Assembly (NCBI GenBank): GCA_030324005.1
Contig: JARDVH010000132.1
Coordinates: 77,814,252 to 77,878,251 of the forward strand
Direction: 5' to 3'
DNA from: Negaprion brevirostris
Lineage: Eukaryota
Length of the DNA stretch: 64,000 nt
The notes under the pieces: model-generated
What the model was told of the DNA's origin: nothing
Database searches by the model: none
What the model saw: only the letters and a program-made list of their open reading frames with translations
Made by a program: the position numbers and the translations under genes
Shown: positions 63,351 through 64,000 of the stretch, one piece after another
Layout: each line of letters begins with the position of its first letter
How positions within the stretch are numbered: the stretch's first letter is position 1

Positions 63351-64000
63351 GTACACTGGCATAGGTATCAATATTGGAGGAACTGTGAGTTAAACTGAAC
63401 ACTAAGAAATATTCTGTGGCAGCGCAATTCTTGGCCTTATGTCAATGTAAAGGAACTGAAGTTGCTTGGACCAAAGGTACTTTTCTGAGGGTCCCCCAAA
63501 TTGCTTCATGTACAATTGGTGAATGCAATGAACAGGTTAGGCAAAAACAAAGCACAGTTGAGGATGGCTGCTAAAGCTCTATCCTTAGGATGACATCCCA
63601 TCCCACTGTTTATGCACACTCCACTTTTTAAAGATACAGCACGATGAAGCTCAGACTCTATCCTGTCTCAGAACATCAGAATATTTAAACTTTAATTCAC
63701 TTTCTTTCTCTGTTACTGTGCTTAGTAAAACAAGTTAAAATGTCTTCATTTGCTTCTTGTTATCTTTGTTAATGAGAAAATCCACTTAAATGGCCTTGAC
63801 AGTTAAGTGTGAGGATGGATTAGAAGCATTCTCTGTCTGCCTTTTCTTCACGTCCTTGACTGTAAGCAGGTCCAGATCGATTGGACAGACACCTCAAGTT
63901 TGCGATATTTATGGCTGACATGGTGAAAGGTGACATCTTTAGGCTGGCCACTGACAGAAACAAGGAATACCCGGTACGGATCCACCACCTCCCAGGCTAC

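Overview
Eukaryotic DNA from a draft assembly with many N gaps, almost certainly a shark or other elasmobranch, judged by its HE1/V-SINE, DeuSINE and CR1 repeat content. The only host gene I can support is three + strand coding exons of a class IIa histone deacetylase, best matching HDAC9: 3805-3924, 4202-4299 and 60911-61029, which splice in frame. They are separated by a 277-bp intron and a 56.6-kb intron. The large intron is filled with decayed transposons: two related Gypsy LTR elements (one with both LTRs), many CR1 and L2 LINE pieces, several SINE families, Harbinger transposase and Myb-like remnants, MITE-like elements and Penelope-derived repeats. Three observations stand out. (1) The short intron reads through to a stop after ...SNCIA*, resembling the intron-retained human HDAC9a C-terminus as I recall it, and carries two TGCATG motifs. 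(2) There are two dispersed copies of a rearranged U2-snRNA-derived repeat whose branch-point-recognition region is replaced. (3) A Penelope-type palindrome carries two back-to-back minimal hammerhead-ribozyme cores. Repeat family names and cross-species comparisons come from recall, not from searches.
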